A stretch of 37,937 nucleotides of DNA from a virus (lineage: Duplodnaviria > Caudoviricetes), in IMG/VR virus record IMGVR_UViG_3300037515_000363, positions 1 through 37,937 of that record; one strand, 5' to 3'. Every line of letters begins with the position of its first letter. Position 1 is the first letter of the stretch. Shown piece by piece: positions 26,290 through 35,517 of the stretch. A model generated the notes under the pieces. That model was not told the DNA's origin, made no database searches, and was given only the letters and a program-made list of their open reading frames with translations. The translations under genes were made by a program, and so were the position numbers.

Positions 26290-27069
26290 ATGAGTACGCA
26301 AGAAACAGCGGCGCTAATCCAGTCGGTCAATCAGATGACTGCGACGGTTGCCGGCAAGATGGGACAGATTGATACTAAGGTGGCTCAAAAAATCACCGAG
26401 TTGAACACTTGGAAGTCTGGCTTGAAAGCGGATCAAATGGAGGGAGTCGCACGTTATGCTAAAACCATCGATTTGACAGGCCTAAGTCCGGATTATTTCT
26501 TCCCTGTATTTTGGAGTTTTCCCGGCAATAACCACGGTGGCGGGGAAATGGTGATCAGTCGTTCGTACCCTGAGAATGGCGGCGCTGATGATCCATTCAA
26601 TGAGGGCACGCCGAATCATGTTGCTGGGTTGCTGCTACAGCTCGACGGAGGTTCTACTCCATGGAGCGGGGATAGCAAATATCTGCATATTAAACGTCTG
26701 AGCCAGACGTATCGTGAGACGGTGCGGAACCTGAAGCACGCAATGTTATCCATCGCGCGTCCAATTGATGGCAGTAGGCCTTTGTTCGGTGGCCTACAAA
26801 GCGGCGCTATTGCCAGTTGTATGAGTAAATCAGGATGCTACCTGCGCGGCGGGCTCACGTATCACGTACTGACAAACTGGGCCAGTAATCTGGAATACAG
26901 CCGCGAGCTGGGCGAGGTGGAAATTGGGCGTAGCGTACAGCCTACGTTTGAGATCAAATGGGTGGTCAAGGCGTACCCAATAAGTGATGCCTTTCTGGGT
27001 ACCCAATATCCAGACAAGCTGGTTTCGCACCAATACCACAATGACAACCTGTATGCGGCTAAAGCGTAA
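26290..27069 (+). CDS. Tail fibre/receptor-binding tip candidate
   Basis: N-terminal coiled coil, then a globular domain with YLRGG; precedes a fibre chaperone. Confidence 0.65.
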   Translation: MSTQETAALIQSVNQMTATVAGKMGQIDTKVAQKITELNTWKSGLKADQMEGVARYAKTIDLTGLSPDYFFPVFWSFPGNNHGGGEMVISRSYPENGGADDPFNEGTPNHVAGLLLQLDGGSTPWSGDSKYLHIKRLSQTYRETVRNLKHAMLSIARPIDGSRPLFGGLQSGAIASCMSKSGCYLRGGLTYHVLTNWASNLEYSRELGEVEIGRSVQPTFEIKWVVKAYPISDAFLGTQYPDKLVSHQYHNDNLYAAKA

Positions 27070-27080
27070 GGAAAACTACT

Positions 27081-27404
27081 ATGTTAAGTTTTAATACTCT
27101 CGTACTCACCAACGGCACAATCCTGGTTAACGTACCGTGTGACGAATCAATTTTGATTGAGTTGGGTTTTAGTGCCGCAGACGCCCACGCTTGTTGCGAT
27201 AACGCCAGGCTAGACGCCGCGTGGTCGACGATCCGTACCAAGCGCAACACCCTATTGACAGCCTGTGATTACACCCAGTTTCCAGACGCGCCCTTTAGCG
27301 CGGAGCAGAGGACTGCCTGGGCAGATTACCGGCAGCAGTTGCGCGACATTACTGCCAACTTCGTCACGCCAGATGAGATTGTCTGGCCCATGAAGCCTGA
27401 ATAA
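27081..27404 (+). CDS. Tail fibre assembly chaperone
   Basis: IRTKRN.LL..CDYTQFPD...WADYRQQLRDI...WP.KP. Confidence 0.85.
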   Translation: MLSFNTLVLTNGTILVNVPCDESILIELGFSAADAHACCDNARLDAAWSTIRTKRNTLLTACDYTQFPDAPFSAEQRTAWADYRQQLRDITANFVTPDEIVWPMKPE

Positions 27405-27406
27405 CT

Positions 27407-27430
27407 AACCGCCTCATCGGCGGTTTTTTT
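27407..27430 (+). terminator. Terminator identical to the one at 11083
   Basis: AACCGCCTCATCGGCGGTTTTTTT. Confidence 0.85.
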
Positions 27431-27476
27431 ACACCTAAAATCCGGCATTTCGCCGGTTTTCATTTATGGAGGCCGT

Positions 27477-27689
27477 ATGGCTAATCCAGTTAAAACAATT
27501 ACAGCCTGCGTTAAGTATCGAGTCATCAAGGCATATGAGTGTCCGAATCAAAAGCACTGGCATTACGTTGATGCCGAAGTTGAACTTTTGCCAAGCGCGG
27601 CGCAGTTCTTAATTCTGTCAGGTCATTTAGTACCAGTGAAAATTGATGTAGTCATAGCCTCTGACAAACAACAAAAAGGAGCTAACTAA
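27477..27689 (+). CDS. Small hypothetical protein before the sheath gene
   Basis: GGAGG RBS; VELLPSAAQFLILSGHL. Confidence 0.6.
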   Translation: MANPVKTITACVKYRVIKAYECPNQKHWHYVDAEVELLPSAAQFLILSGHLVPVKIDVVIASDKQQKGAN

Positions 27690-28858
27690 TGCCACAAATT
27701 GCATCTTTTGTGCATAACGGTATCAGCATTGAACGCCAGGCTGCGCCACCACCAATGGGCCCACTCGGTAGCACTATTTTTGGTCTAGTTGGAACGGCGC
27801 CTAGCGCTGATCCATTGCTGCCTAAAAATAGCCCTATTCGGATAGGTAATTTAGGTGATCTAGCCAGGTTAGATGTAGCCGGTACTGAAACTGGAACCCT
27901 GTGGCGCAGTTGTTATGAAATTCTGCGTCTAGTGTCAGTGCCTATCTATGTGGTTATTGTTGATGCAGGTGCTGATGTCGCGACAGCCACGACCAATGTT
28001 ATTGGTAAGGTTGACGCAGCAACTGGGCAGCGCACTGGTATTAATGCCTTGGCTAATTGCCAAGAGACACCCACGCATATTGCTGCGCCAGGCTTCAATA
28101 CTAAACCGGTTGCTGATGCACTTGCAGCAATGGGACGGCGTTTATTTGCTATTCCTGTTGGTGATGGCCCTAATACCAGTGATAACGCTGCAGTCGCTTA
28201 TTCGGCGAGCCTTGGCGGGGATGGAACAGGCTATGAATCTTTCTATTTAGTCGATCCTCAGGTGGCAGTTTACAGTAAAGCGGCCAAAGGCAATGTGTAC
28301 TTTTCTGCAGCAGCTGTGGCGCTATCATGCTTTGCTCGTGTAAAAGCTTGGGAAAGTCCGGCAAAAGGCGGTATGGGTGCGCTAATTCAGGGGACGGCTC
28401 GCGTTATTGATTACAACATTATGGACAAATCAACAAATGGTGATTTGTTGAATAAAAATGGCGTTTCTTACTTTGCCCGTACGTCGATGGGAGGCTTCTC
28501 GCTGATCGGCAACCGTTGTGTGATGGGACGTTTTGTTTCTCAAGTTGGCCTGGAATACGCGATTGTGCGTAAGTTGGCAATGACAGCGCAACGTGCGATG
28601 GGACGTAATCTTAGCAAGAGCTTTATGGAACAAGAGATCACTAAGCTCAATTATTGGCTGAAGACGTTGCAAGCGGACGAAACGATCATGGGTGCCCAAG
28701 TGTATTTGCATCCCACGTTGAATAATGTAGCCAGTTATCGTAATGGCGAATGGCATATTGCAATCAAGTACCATGGCTTCGCCCCGAACGAGCACATGGT
28801 GTATCACTTAATTGAGGATATCGGCATTGTTGAGTCCTTTTTGGAAGGAGTTCTGTAA
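27689..28858 (+). CDS. Tail sheath protein (P2 FI-like)
   Basis: FVHNGI, GLVGTAP, RTGINAL, IAAPGF, GNR, PNEH; 389 aa. Confidence 0.9.
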   Translation: MPQIASFVHNGISIERQAAPPPMGPLGSTIFGLVGTAPSADPLLPKNSPIRIGNLGDLARLDVAGTETGTLWRSCYEILRLVSVPIYVVIVDAGADVATATTNVIGKVDAATGQRTGINALANCQETPTHIAAPGFNTKPVADALAAMGRRLFAIPVGDGPNTSDNAAVAYSASLGGDGTGYESFYLVDPQVAVYSKAAKGNVYFSAAAVALSCFARVKAWESPAKGGMGALIQGTARVIDYNIMDKSTNGDLLNKNGVSYFARTSMGGFSLIGNRCVMGRFVSQVGLEYAIVRKLAMTAQRAMGRNLSKSFMEQEITKLNYWLKTLQADETIMGAQVYLHPTLNNVASYRNGEWHIAIKYHGFAPNEHMVYHLIEDIGIVESFLEGVL

Positions 28859-29364
28859 TGGCTGGACAACGTTCACGTATTACCCGTGCTGGCATGATTA
28901 ACGGTCAACCATTGGTCAAAGAACTAGACGAGTTCACGCCGCCAGAAATAAAAAAAACCATGCAAGACACTCGTGGCGGCACCTTTATCCCAGGTCAGAT
29001 CATGGTCGGTTTAGAAAAAATGGGCTGCAAGTTTAAGGTTAAAGGCGCTAACCAAGAGCTACTTTCTGCATTCGGTTTGTCTGCAGGTGAAATGTGTCAG
29101 GTTGATGTGAAGGAATCACATCAAGATGAAGACGGTAACAAGTTTGCTATTGTTTACAGTCTCACTGGCGAAGTTATTAGCGTTACTGAGTCACCCAGTA
29201 AAATGGGCGAATTACCAGACCAAGATTTAGAGATGGCCATCAACGCGTATAAGAAAACTGAAAGCGGTAAGATCATCTATGAGATTGATCGCAATGCGCA
29301 GATTTTGAATTTAGGTAATGGTGATTTGATGGTTGAACACCGCCGCAACATTGGTATGGCATAA
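28858..29364 (+). CDS. Tail tube protein (P2 FII-like)
   Basis: TPPEI...RGG...GLEKM...YEID...RRNIG; 168 aa, after the sheath. Confidence 0.9.
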   Translation: MAGQRSRITRAGMINGQPLVKELDEFTPPEIKKTMQDTRGGTFIPGQIMVGLEKMGCKFKVKGANQELLSAFGLSAGEMCQVDVKESHQDEDGNKFAIVYSLTGEVISVTESPSKMGELPDQDLEMAINAYKKTESGKIIYEIDRNAQILNLGNGDLMVEHRRNIGMA

Positions 29365-29386
29365 CACTTTTAAGTGATGTGATAAC

Positions 29387-29415
29387 AAGGCCCCTCTTTA
29401 GAGTGGGCCTTTTTT
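29387..29415 (+). terminator. Terminator after the tube gene
   Basis: AAGGCCCCTC-TTTA-GAGTGGGCCTT followed by a T run. Confidence 0.75.
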
Positions 29416-29430
29416 ATTTGGGAGTAAGAA

Positions 29431-29997
29431 ATGTTTGAACCTAAAACACATACGCTAGTTTGGCCTATTAAAGATGACAAAGGGCAGGAATTACCTGCCG
29501 TCAATATTCAGTTATTGACTATGGGGCAGCACCGAGAACTAAGCAAAACTCATAAAGGCAAAGACACTGATTTACTGCGTGGCTGTATTAGCGCAAGTAC
29601 AGGATTAAGCACTAAAGAACTTAAAGCCCTCGTCACGCCAGATTACAACTCTATTCGAGATTTTGTGCTGGAGTTAATGCATACCAGTGCTGCGACGTTA
29701 ATTGAAGGTTTTGACTCGTCGGCGGATCCTGTTTTGCTTCACTCGTTCCAAGGTGACGATGGTCAAGATAAAACATCGTATGTTCTTCGTCCTCCTACCG
29801 TGGCCACGACGGATTTGATGGACACTCACAAAGACGAATGGGAGCGCACCTTGTTTATTAGTGCGAGTTGTTCAGGATTTTCTCATGCAGAACTTGAGCG
29901 TTTGAGTTTGCCAGATTGGAATTTATTGCAAGAGCGTTTAATTGATTTTTTGGAAGAATCGGCGGACTTCTTTCGCCAAAAGATGTTGAAGTCCTAA
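29431..29997 (+). CDS. Tail assembly chaperone (gpE-like)
   Basis: Between tube and tape measure; LRPPTV...LSLPDW. Confidence 0.8.
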   Translation: MFEPKTHTLVWPIKDDKGQELPAVNIQLLTMGQHRELSKTHKGKDTDLLRGCISASTGLSTKELKALVTPDYNSIRDFVLELMHTSAATLIEGFDSSADPVLLHSFQGDDGQDKTSYVLRPPTVATTDLMDTHKDEWERTLFISASCSGFSHAELERLSLPDWNLLQERLIDFLEESADFFRQKMLKS

Positions 29998-30116
29998 CGG
30001 ATGTGATCCCGCTGGTTTATCACGTTTCGCCAGGAGAAGTTTTGGGATGGCGTATTGACGAAGCTATGCGCCGTTATCACTTGGCGGTCGCAAAGCTCGG
30101 CATTAAAAAGGGGTAG
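29946..30116 (+). CDS. gpE'-like extension reached by -1 frameshift
   Basis: T TTT TTG at 29946-29952; the -1 frame is open to TAG 30116 (...LTDVIPLVYHVSPGEVLGWRIDEAMRRY...). Confidence 0.75.
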   Translation, partial: FFGRIGGLLSPKDVEVLTDVIPLVYHVSPGEVLGWRIDEAMRRYHLAVAKLGIKKG

Positions 30117-30119
30117 GCC

Positions 30120-33100
30120 GTGGCAGATAATCAAAATAAAACGTCCATTATTTTATCGGCAGTTAATCAATTTAGTGGCCCCACCGATGATGCCACTAAG
30201 AGCGTCGGAAAGCTCAGAAGCGCTGCAGCAGAAACGAGCACTAAGTTAAAAGCCCTCGGTGAGAAGCAAAAGTTAGTTGATCGGTTTAAAAGCGTTTCAG
30301 CTCAGTTAGACATTACTCGTAATAAGTTGGGTGATGTCAAAGTTGAGACTCAGTTGTTAAAGCAGGCTGAACAGTCCGCCATCACCACGCTAAATCAACA
30401 TAGTACAGCACTTAAAACAGCTGAAAACCATGTTGAAAAGCTGACACTTAAGTATGGTGCAGAATCAACTGAGGTGAAGAAAGCGCAGCTGGAAGTGACT
30501 CGCTTAACTAAAGCAAAAAAAGAAGCTGAAGCTGCATTAAAAAAAGAAAGTGTCGCACTTAAAACGGCTCAGCGTTCAAGTGCAACACTGACTACAGCGT
30601 ATAGTAAACAGTCGCAAGAGCTTGGTGGGTTACGCCGAGATTTAGCTGCTGCAGGACTTAAAGTTAACGCTTTAGGTGCTGAGGAGCTGCGTTTAGCAAA
30701 GCAGACTGCCCAGGCAAATAAAGCATTAGAAAAGCAAGCGAGTCATTTAAAGCAAGTCCAAACCTTGCAAGGCCGCATTGATGCCAGAAACGCCAAAAAG
30801 GGAGAACTGGTCGGTGAAGCTATGGGGGTTGCGGCAATGGCTGCGCCCATGGTTCTCGCTGGCAAGCGTTCTGTTGAGTACGAAAGCAAGTTTGCCGATG
30901 TAAAGAAAGTCGTCAACTTTTCAAGTGAGAAAGAAGAAGCCGATTACCGCCGCCAGATGATGAAGATGGCCGGTGACTTGGGTGTGAAGCAAGACGGTAT
31001 TGCCGATATAGTCACGGCAGCAGGCCAGTCTGGTATCGAGAAAGACCAGCTGCTGCAGTTCGCCGAGTCGGCCACCAAAATGAGTGTGGCATGGGACGTA
31101 TCTGCTGAAGAGGCGGGTTCTACATTAGCGACCTGGCGCGCTGCAATGGGACTTACCCAGAAAAATGCTCTAGACCTTGCTGACGCAACCAACTACCTCA
31201 GCAATAACATGAACGCTAAGGCAAAAGATATTGCTGCTGTAATGGTTCGCCAAGGTTCAACAGCCATGGGTGCCGGTTTTAATTACAACGACACTGCGGC
31301 GCTATCAGCGAGTTTAATTGCAGGTGGCGCAACAGAAGAAACGGCATCGACAGCACTTAAAAACATATCTGGTGCGTTAACGGCTGGATATTCAGCGACA
31401 GGTGGCCAGAAGCAAGCGCTGTCTAAATTGGGTTTTGATCCAGAAGAACTTGCCACGGCCATGCAAGACGATGCCAAAGGGACTTTGCTGGGTGTTTTGC
31501 GTGAATTGCAGGACGTATCAGCTGATGAACGTGGCGCGGTAATATCACAGCTTTTCGGCTCTGAAATCAAAGGCGCTGTATCTAAACTGGTCACCACTAT
31601 GGATGACGACAAAAATGGTTTAGTTGCTGCCTTTGGCCGAGTGGCTAAAGAGGCTGACCGTGCCGGCAGTGTCAATGATGAATTTACTAATCGTTCTAAA
31701 ACTCGGGAGCATTTGCTCTCGCAATTGGGCGCTAAGTTTGACCGAATGACAATCACGTTAGGTGATCGTCTTTTGCCAGTTCTCGATGCCGTTGTTCCGC
31801 CACTGATGACTGTGGTTGATGCTGTTTCTGATTTTGCAGAGGCGAACCCTAAGCTTGCCAGTGGATTATTGGGTGTAGCAGCTGCAATTGCAGTTGTGAA
31901 AGCCGGTGCGATTGCCTTCAAGTTAGCCAAATTAACCATGGGAAACGGCATCGACCGTTTGAAAATGGGCAGGCTTTCTAACTCAACAGATGCAACAACT
32001 GTTAGTGCTAATCGCGCATCAAAAGCCCTTGATAGATTAAATCGCAAGTTAGGCGGCTTAGGAGCCAGTGGTGCAGGCGGTTATGGTCGAGAAGGTAGAA
32101 CGAGCCGCAGTAGTCGTGTTGCCCGCCCTAGGGGACGTTTAGGTCGGTTACGCTCAGGTACCAGCCGCTTAGCAGGGAAAGTTGGGGATTTTGCCAGTGG
32201 ATTAATGCCTGACTTTGTTACACCTGGTTCTCGTTACTCTGGCACTTCGGCTCGACAATATGGCCGAGATGGTCGTGCAGTTCGCCCTATGGGTCGCTTA
32301 AGTCGTTTACGTTCTGGTGCTGGTCGGTTAGCAGGAGCGGTTGGCGGTTTTGCCAGTGGATTAATGCCTGACTTTGCTACACCTGGTTCTCGTTACCCTG
32401 GCACTTCGGCTCGACAATATGGCCGAGATGGTCGTGCAGTTCGCCCTATGGGTCGCTTAAGTCGTTTACGTGCTGGTGCTGGTCGGTTAGCAGGGACAGT
32501 TGGGGATTTTGCTAGTGGTTTAATGCCTAGTTTTTCAAAGGCAGGCACTCATGAGCAAGGCGTCCCTACGCTAAATCGTTCCTCAGAAGGCCGTTTAAGT
32601 CGTTTACGTGCTGGTTCTGGTCGGTTAGCAGGAACGGTTGGCGGTTTTGCCAGTGGATTAATGCCTGACTTTGCTACACCTAGTTCTCGTTACTCTGGTA
32701 CTTCGGCTCAACAATATGGCCGAGATGGTCGTGCTGTTCGCCCTATGGGGCGCTTAAGTCGTTTACGTGCTGGTGCTGGTCGGTTAGCAGGGACAGTTGG
32801 GGATTTTGCCAGTGGTTTAATGCCTAGTTTTTCAAAGGCAGGCACTCACGAGCAAGGTGTCCCTACGCTAAGTCGTTCTCCAGAAGGTCGTTTAGGTCGT
32901 TTACGTGTTGGTGCTGGCCGGTTAGCAGGGACAGTTGGGGATTTTGCCAGTGGTTTAATGCCTAGTTTTTCGAAGGCAGGCACTCATGAGCAAGGCGTCC
33001 CTACGCTAAGTCGTTCCCCAGAAGGCCGTTTAGGTCGTTTACGTGCTGGTGCTGGCCGGTTAGCAGGGACAGTTGGCAGTTTTGCCAGTGGTTTAATGCC

Positions 33101-33899
33101 TAGTTTTTCAAAGGCAGGCACTCATGAGCAAGGCGTCTCCACGTTAAGTGGATCCCCCGTAACTCGTCCAGAAGGCCGTTTAGGTCATTTACGAGCAGGG
33201 GTTGGACGAACAGGGCGAATGGCGGGACTGTTTGGTGGTGGAGCAGCTTTATCCATGGTTTCAGGTTCTGCTTCGGCAGGGGATTTGGCTATGGCAGGCG
33301 CAGACATAGCTGGTGCGGCTGGCAGCGTTATCGATATGCTTCCAGCGGGTGGCAGTGCGTTGCTAAAAGGTGCGGGTAAATTGTTCAAACCGGCGGACAT
33401 TTTGCTTCAAGGAGCCGGATTAGCTTCTGCTGTTGCTGGCGGTGACTCAAAACAAATAGGCGGCACTGCAGGGGATATGGTTGGTGGGTTAGGTGGTGCA
33501 GCAGCTGGCGCAATGGCGGGAGCTGCATTGGGATCAGTTGTTCCTATTATAGGCACTGCAGTGGGAGGCCTAATTGGTTCAATAGTGGGAGGTTTTGGTG
33601 GCGGCGCTGTGGGTGAGTGGGCCGGTACTAAAATTGGCGGTTGGTTCAGTGAAGATAAGACTGACCAGCCACCGCCAAAAGCTATTGCACAACAGACCAA
33701 GCAGCTCGAGCAAGTTAATCGCAACATAACCTTTTCACCCGTCATTCAGATCACACCGTCTGGCAATCCAGGCTATGACCAAAATGTTGGCAATGATCTT
33801 ATGGCCAGAATGAAAGCTGAGCTGAGTCCTATGTTGCTAGGCAATAACGATGTGGCAACCAGAGCAGATAGCAGCCTATCTGATAGGAGTGATTCATGA
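30120..33899 (+). CDS. Tail tape measure protein (TP901-core type) with internal tandem repeats
   Basis: FADVKKVV, AAGQSGI, LADATNYLSNN core; Gly-rich hydrophobic C-terminus; 1259 aa. Confidence 0.93.
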   Translation: MADNQNKTSIILSAVNQFSGPTDDATKSVGKLRSAAAETSTKLKALGEKQKLVDRFKSVSAQLDITRNKLGDVKVETQLLKQAEQSAITTLNQHSTALKTAENHVEKLTLKYGAESTEVKKAQLEVTRLTKAKKEAEAALKKESVALKTAQRSSATLTTAYSKQSQELGGLRRDLAAAGLKVNALGAEELRLAKQTAQANKALEKQASHLKQVQTLQGRIDARNAKKGELVGEAMGVAAMAAPMVLAGKRSVEYESKFADVKKVVNFSSEKEEADYRRQMMKMAGDLGVKQDGIADIVTAAGQSGIEKDQLLQFAESATKMSVAWDVSAEEAGSTLATWRAAMGLTQKNALDLADATNYLSNNMNAKAKDIAAVMVRQGSTAMGAGFNYNDTAALSASLIAGGATEETASTALKNISGALTAGYSATGGQKQALSKLGFDPEELATAMQDDAKGTLLGVLRELQDVSADERGAVISQLFGSEIKGAVSKLVTTMDDDKNGLVAAFGRVAKEADRAGSVNDEFTNRSKTREHLLSQLGAKFDRMTITLGDRLLPVLDAVVPPLMTVVDAVSDFAEANPKLASGLLGVAAAIAVVKAGAIAFKLAKLTMGNGIDRLKMGRLSNSTDATTVSANRASKALDRLNRKLGGLGASGAGGYGREGRTSRSSRVARPRGRLGRLRSGTSRLAGKVGDFASGLMPDFVTPGSRYSGTSARQYGRDGRAVRPMGRLSRLRSGAGRLAGAVGGFASGLMPDFATPGSRYPGTSARQYGRDGRAVRPMGRLSRLRAGAGRLAGTVGDFASGLMPSFSKAGTHEQGVPTLNRSSEGRLSRLRAGSGRLAGTVGGFASGLMPDFATPSSRYSGTSAQQYGRDGRAVRPMGRLSRLRAGAGRLAGTVGDFASGLMPSFSKAGTHEQGVPTLSRSPEGRLGRLRVGAGRLAGTVGDFASGLMPSFSKAGTHEQGVPTLSRSPEGRLGRLRAGAGRLAGTVGSFASGLMPSFSKAGTHEQGVSTLSGSPVTRPEGRLGHLRAGVGRTGRMAGLFGGGAALSMVSGSASAGDLAMAGADIAGAAGSVIDMLPAGGSALLKGAGKLFKPADILLQGAGLASAVAGGDSKQIGGTAGDMVGGLGGAAAGAMAGAALGSVVPIIGTAVGGLIGSIVGGFGGGAVGEWAGTKIGGWFSEDKTDQPPPKAIAQQTKQLEQVNRNITFSPVIQITPSGNPGYDQNVGNDLMARMKAELSPMLLGNNDVATRADSSLSDRSDS
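32133..33230 (+). repeat. Two-type in-frame tandem repeat, A-A-B-A-B-B-B plus a final degenerate core
   Basis: TTAATGCCT anchor at 32202, 32361, 32520, 32658, 32817, 32955, 33093 (spacings 159, 159, 138, 159, 138, 138). Confidence 0.95.
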
Positions 33900-34294
33900 G
33901 GCAAATGTTGGCATTAGGTGGTTTTGTGTTTTCTCTCAGCGAGGGAACTCCTTACGAGGGACTGCAACGCACCAGTGATGGCGGTTGGGTAACCGTCCCT
34001 CGCTATGGTCAAAAACCTATCAGCCAAAATACGGGGCAAGCGTTAGAAAATATCAGCGTTCACGGAACCTGGTTCCGTGGTGATGGTATGGCTAACATGG
34101 ATAAGTTGCGGTCATTACAAGCCAGACGGGTGCCATTGGTGTTGACTGACGGTTATGGCCGTAACTTAGGGCTGTGGACTATTAAGCGGTTACAAGAAAA
34201 GCAAGACAAGATTATTGATGACGGTACCGCATTTGTGGTCGGGTTTTCTATTGAGTTGGAGGAATACGCCGGTGAGTACAATACACAGTCGTGA
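33896..34294 (+). CDS. Tail protein (P2 gpU-like)
   Basis: MLALGGFVF, LQR, L.DGYGRNLGLW, FSIELEEY. Confidence 0.88.
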   Translation: MRQMLALGGFVFSLSEGTPYEGLQRTSDGGWVTVPRYGQKPISQNTGQALENISVHGTWFRGDGMANMDKLRSLQARRVPLVLTDGYGRNLGLWTIKRLQEKQDKIIDDGTAFVVGFSIELEEYAGEYNTQS

Positions 34295-34481
34295 TGGTGA
34301 TTCAGTTGCGCTAATTCTGTGGCAGCAAATGCAAAGGGATGATGATGAAGCCGAAGAAGCACTTTATCGGCTTAATCCTGGTCTTGAGCAATACGGTCCT
34401 ATTTTACCTGCGGGTATAGTGATCACATTACCAGCGTTAACGGATAAGGCGCCAGCCAAGGTGGTAAACGTATGGGATTAG
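34272..34481 (+). CDS. Tail protein X (LysM-like, P2 gpX)
   Basis: RDGDSV...LNPGL...LPAG..ITLP...VWD; GTG 34272 after GGAGG. Confidence 0.85.
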   Translation: MSTIHSRDGDSVALILWQQMQRDDDEAEEALYRLNPGLEQYGPILPAGIVITLPALTDKAPAKVVNVWD

Positions 34482-35482
34482 GTTTTATTCCTCAAGTCAA
34501 AGTTAGTGGCCCAGGAGCGGCAATTATTAATAGCCGGCTAATCTCGTGGGAACGAGTAGATGCATCGGGTATTCAATCGGATCAAATTACGTTAACAGTG
34601 GATACGGCTGGACAGACAGGACTGCCTAAAGAGGGGGCAACGCTGCAGTGGTTTGAGGGTTACGACAGCAACTTAGTCGATAAAGGGGCCTATAAAATCA
34701 TTCGCATTAGGCCACGATTATATCCGCCTAGCATGACCATTATTGCGACTGCAGCGCCGTTTCAAATTGAAGATAAGACGAGATTCAAAGAACGTCGAAC
34801 TCGTTCATTTGAAAACATCACGCTTGCCGAGTTGTTTAGGAAAGTTGTTAGTGCTCATGGGTTTAGCCCAAGAGTAGCAACAGAGTTCGAGATCATTACC
34901 CTGGCACACATTGATCAAATAGACGAAACTGATAGCGCATTTCTAACTCGTTTAGCTAAAGAGCGAGATGCCGTGGCCAAGCCGGTTAATGACCTCTATG
35001 TTCTGGCTAAACGTGGGCAAGTTAAAACAATCACAGGGCAGACAATACCGCCGATTGTGATAGGCGTCCCTGGTAATAACGATCCTGCTGATACGGGACA
35101 ATTTATTAACTGTGAATTGGACAAACCTAGCCGGCAAACCTGCAGTGGAGTTAAAGCAAAATGGACCGATAGCACTACAGGGAAAGAGCATGAAGTGTTT
35201 GATGGTCAAGAGCCATTTAAGAAGCTCAGACAAGCCTACGAAAGCGCAGACATAGCTCAACAAGCCTGCCGCGCTGAGTTAGTCAAAGTTAACCGTCAGG
35301 GCTCTAGCGTCCGATTGGATTTGCCAGGTGATCCTTACTTGGTGGCCGAAGGGATTATGACGCTGAATGACTCGTTCCCGCCAGAAATGGCTGGCGCGTG
35401 GTCTATTGATAAAGTCACCGCCAGAGGTGACAGCAAAGGTGGCTATCGATGTTCTGTAATGGCTACACAACCTTCCAAATAA
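34472..35482 (+). CDS. Baseplate hub/late control D protein (P2 gpD-like)
   Basis: D.SG.QSD, HIDQ.DETDSAFLTRLA, GDP.L.AEG. Confidence 0.9.
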   Translation: MGLGFIPQVKVSGPGAAIINSRLISWERVDASGIQSDQITLTVDTAGQTGLPKEGATLQWFEGYDSNLVDKGAYKIIRIRPRLYPPSMTIIATAAPFQIEDKTRFKERRTRSFENITLAELFRKVVSAHGFSPRVATEFEIITLAHIDQIDETDSAFLTRLAKERDAVAKPVNDLYVLAKRGQVKTITGQTIPPIVIGVPGNNDPADTGQFINCELDKPSRQTCSGVKAKWTDSTTGKEHEVFDGQEPFKKLRQAYESADIAQQACRAELVKVNRQGSSVRLDLPGDPYLVAEGIMTLNDSFPPEMAGAWSIDKVTARGDSKGGYRCSVMATQPSK

Positions 35483-35504
35483 AAAAGGCCCATAGGGGGC
35501 CTTT
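35481..35504. terminator. Terminator between convergent operons
   Basis: AAAAAAGGCCC-ATAGG-GGGCCTTT. Confidence 0.8.
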
Positions 35505-35517
35505 CATTGGTTGATTG

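Noticed and set aside
31283-32047. 254-aa minus-strand ORF, and similar antisense ORFs such as 8745-9362, 13788-14219 and 16548-16958
   Set aside because: They lie opposite well-supported genes and have no recognisable motifs.
32133-33230. CRISPR array or diversity-generating retroelement repeats
   Set aside because: Units are in-frame coding repeats, the spacers recur rather than being unique, and there is no cas or reverse transcriptase gene.
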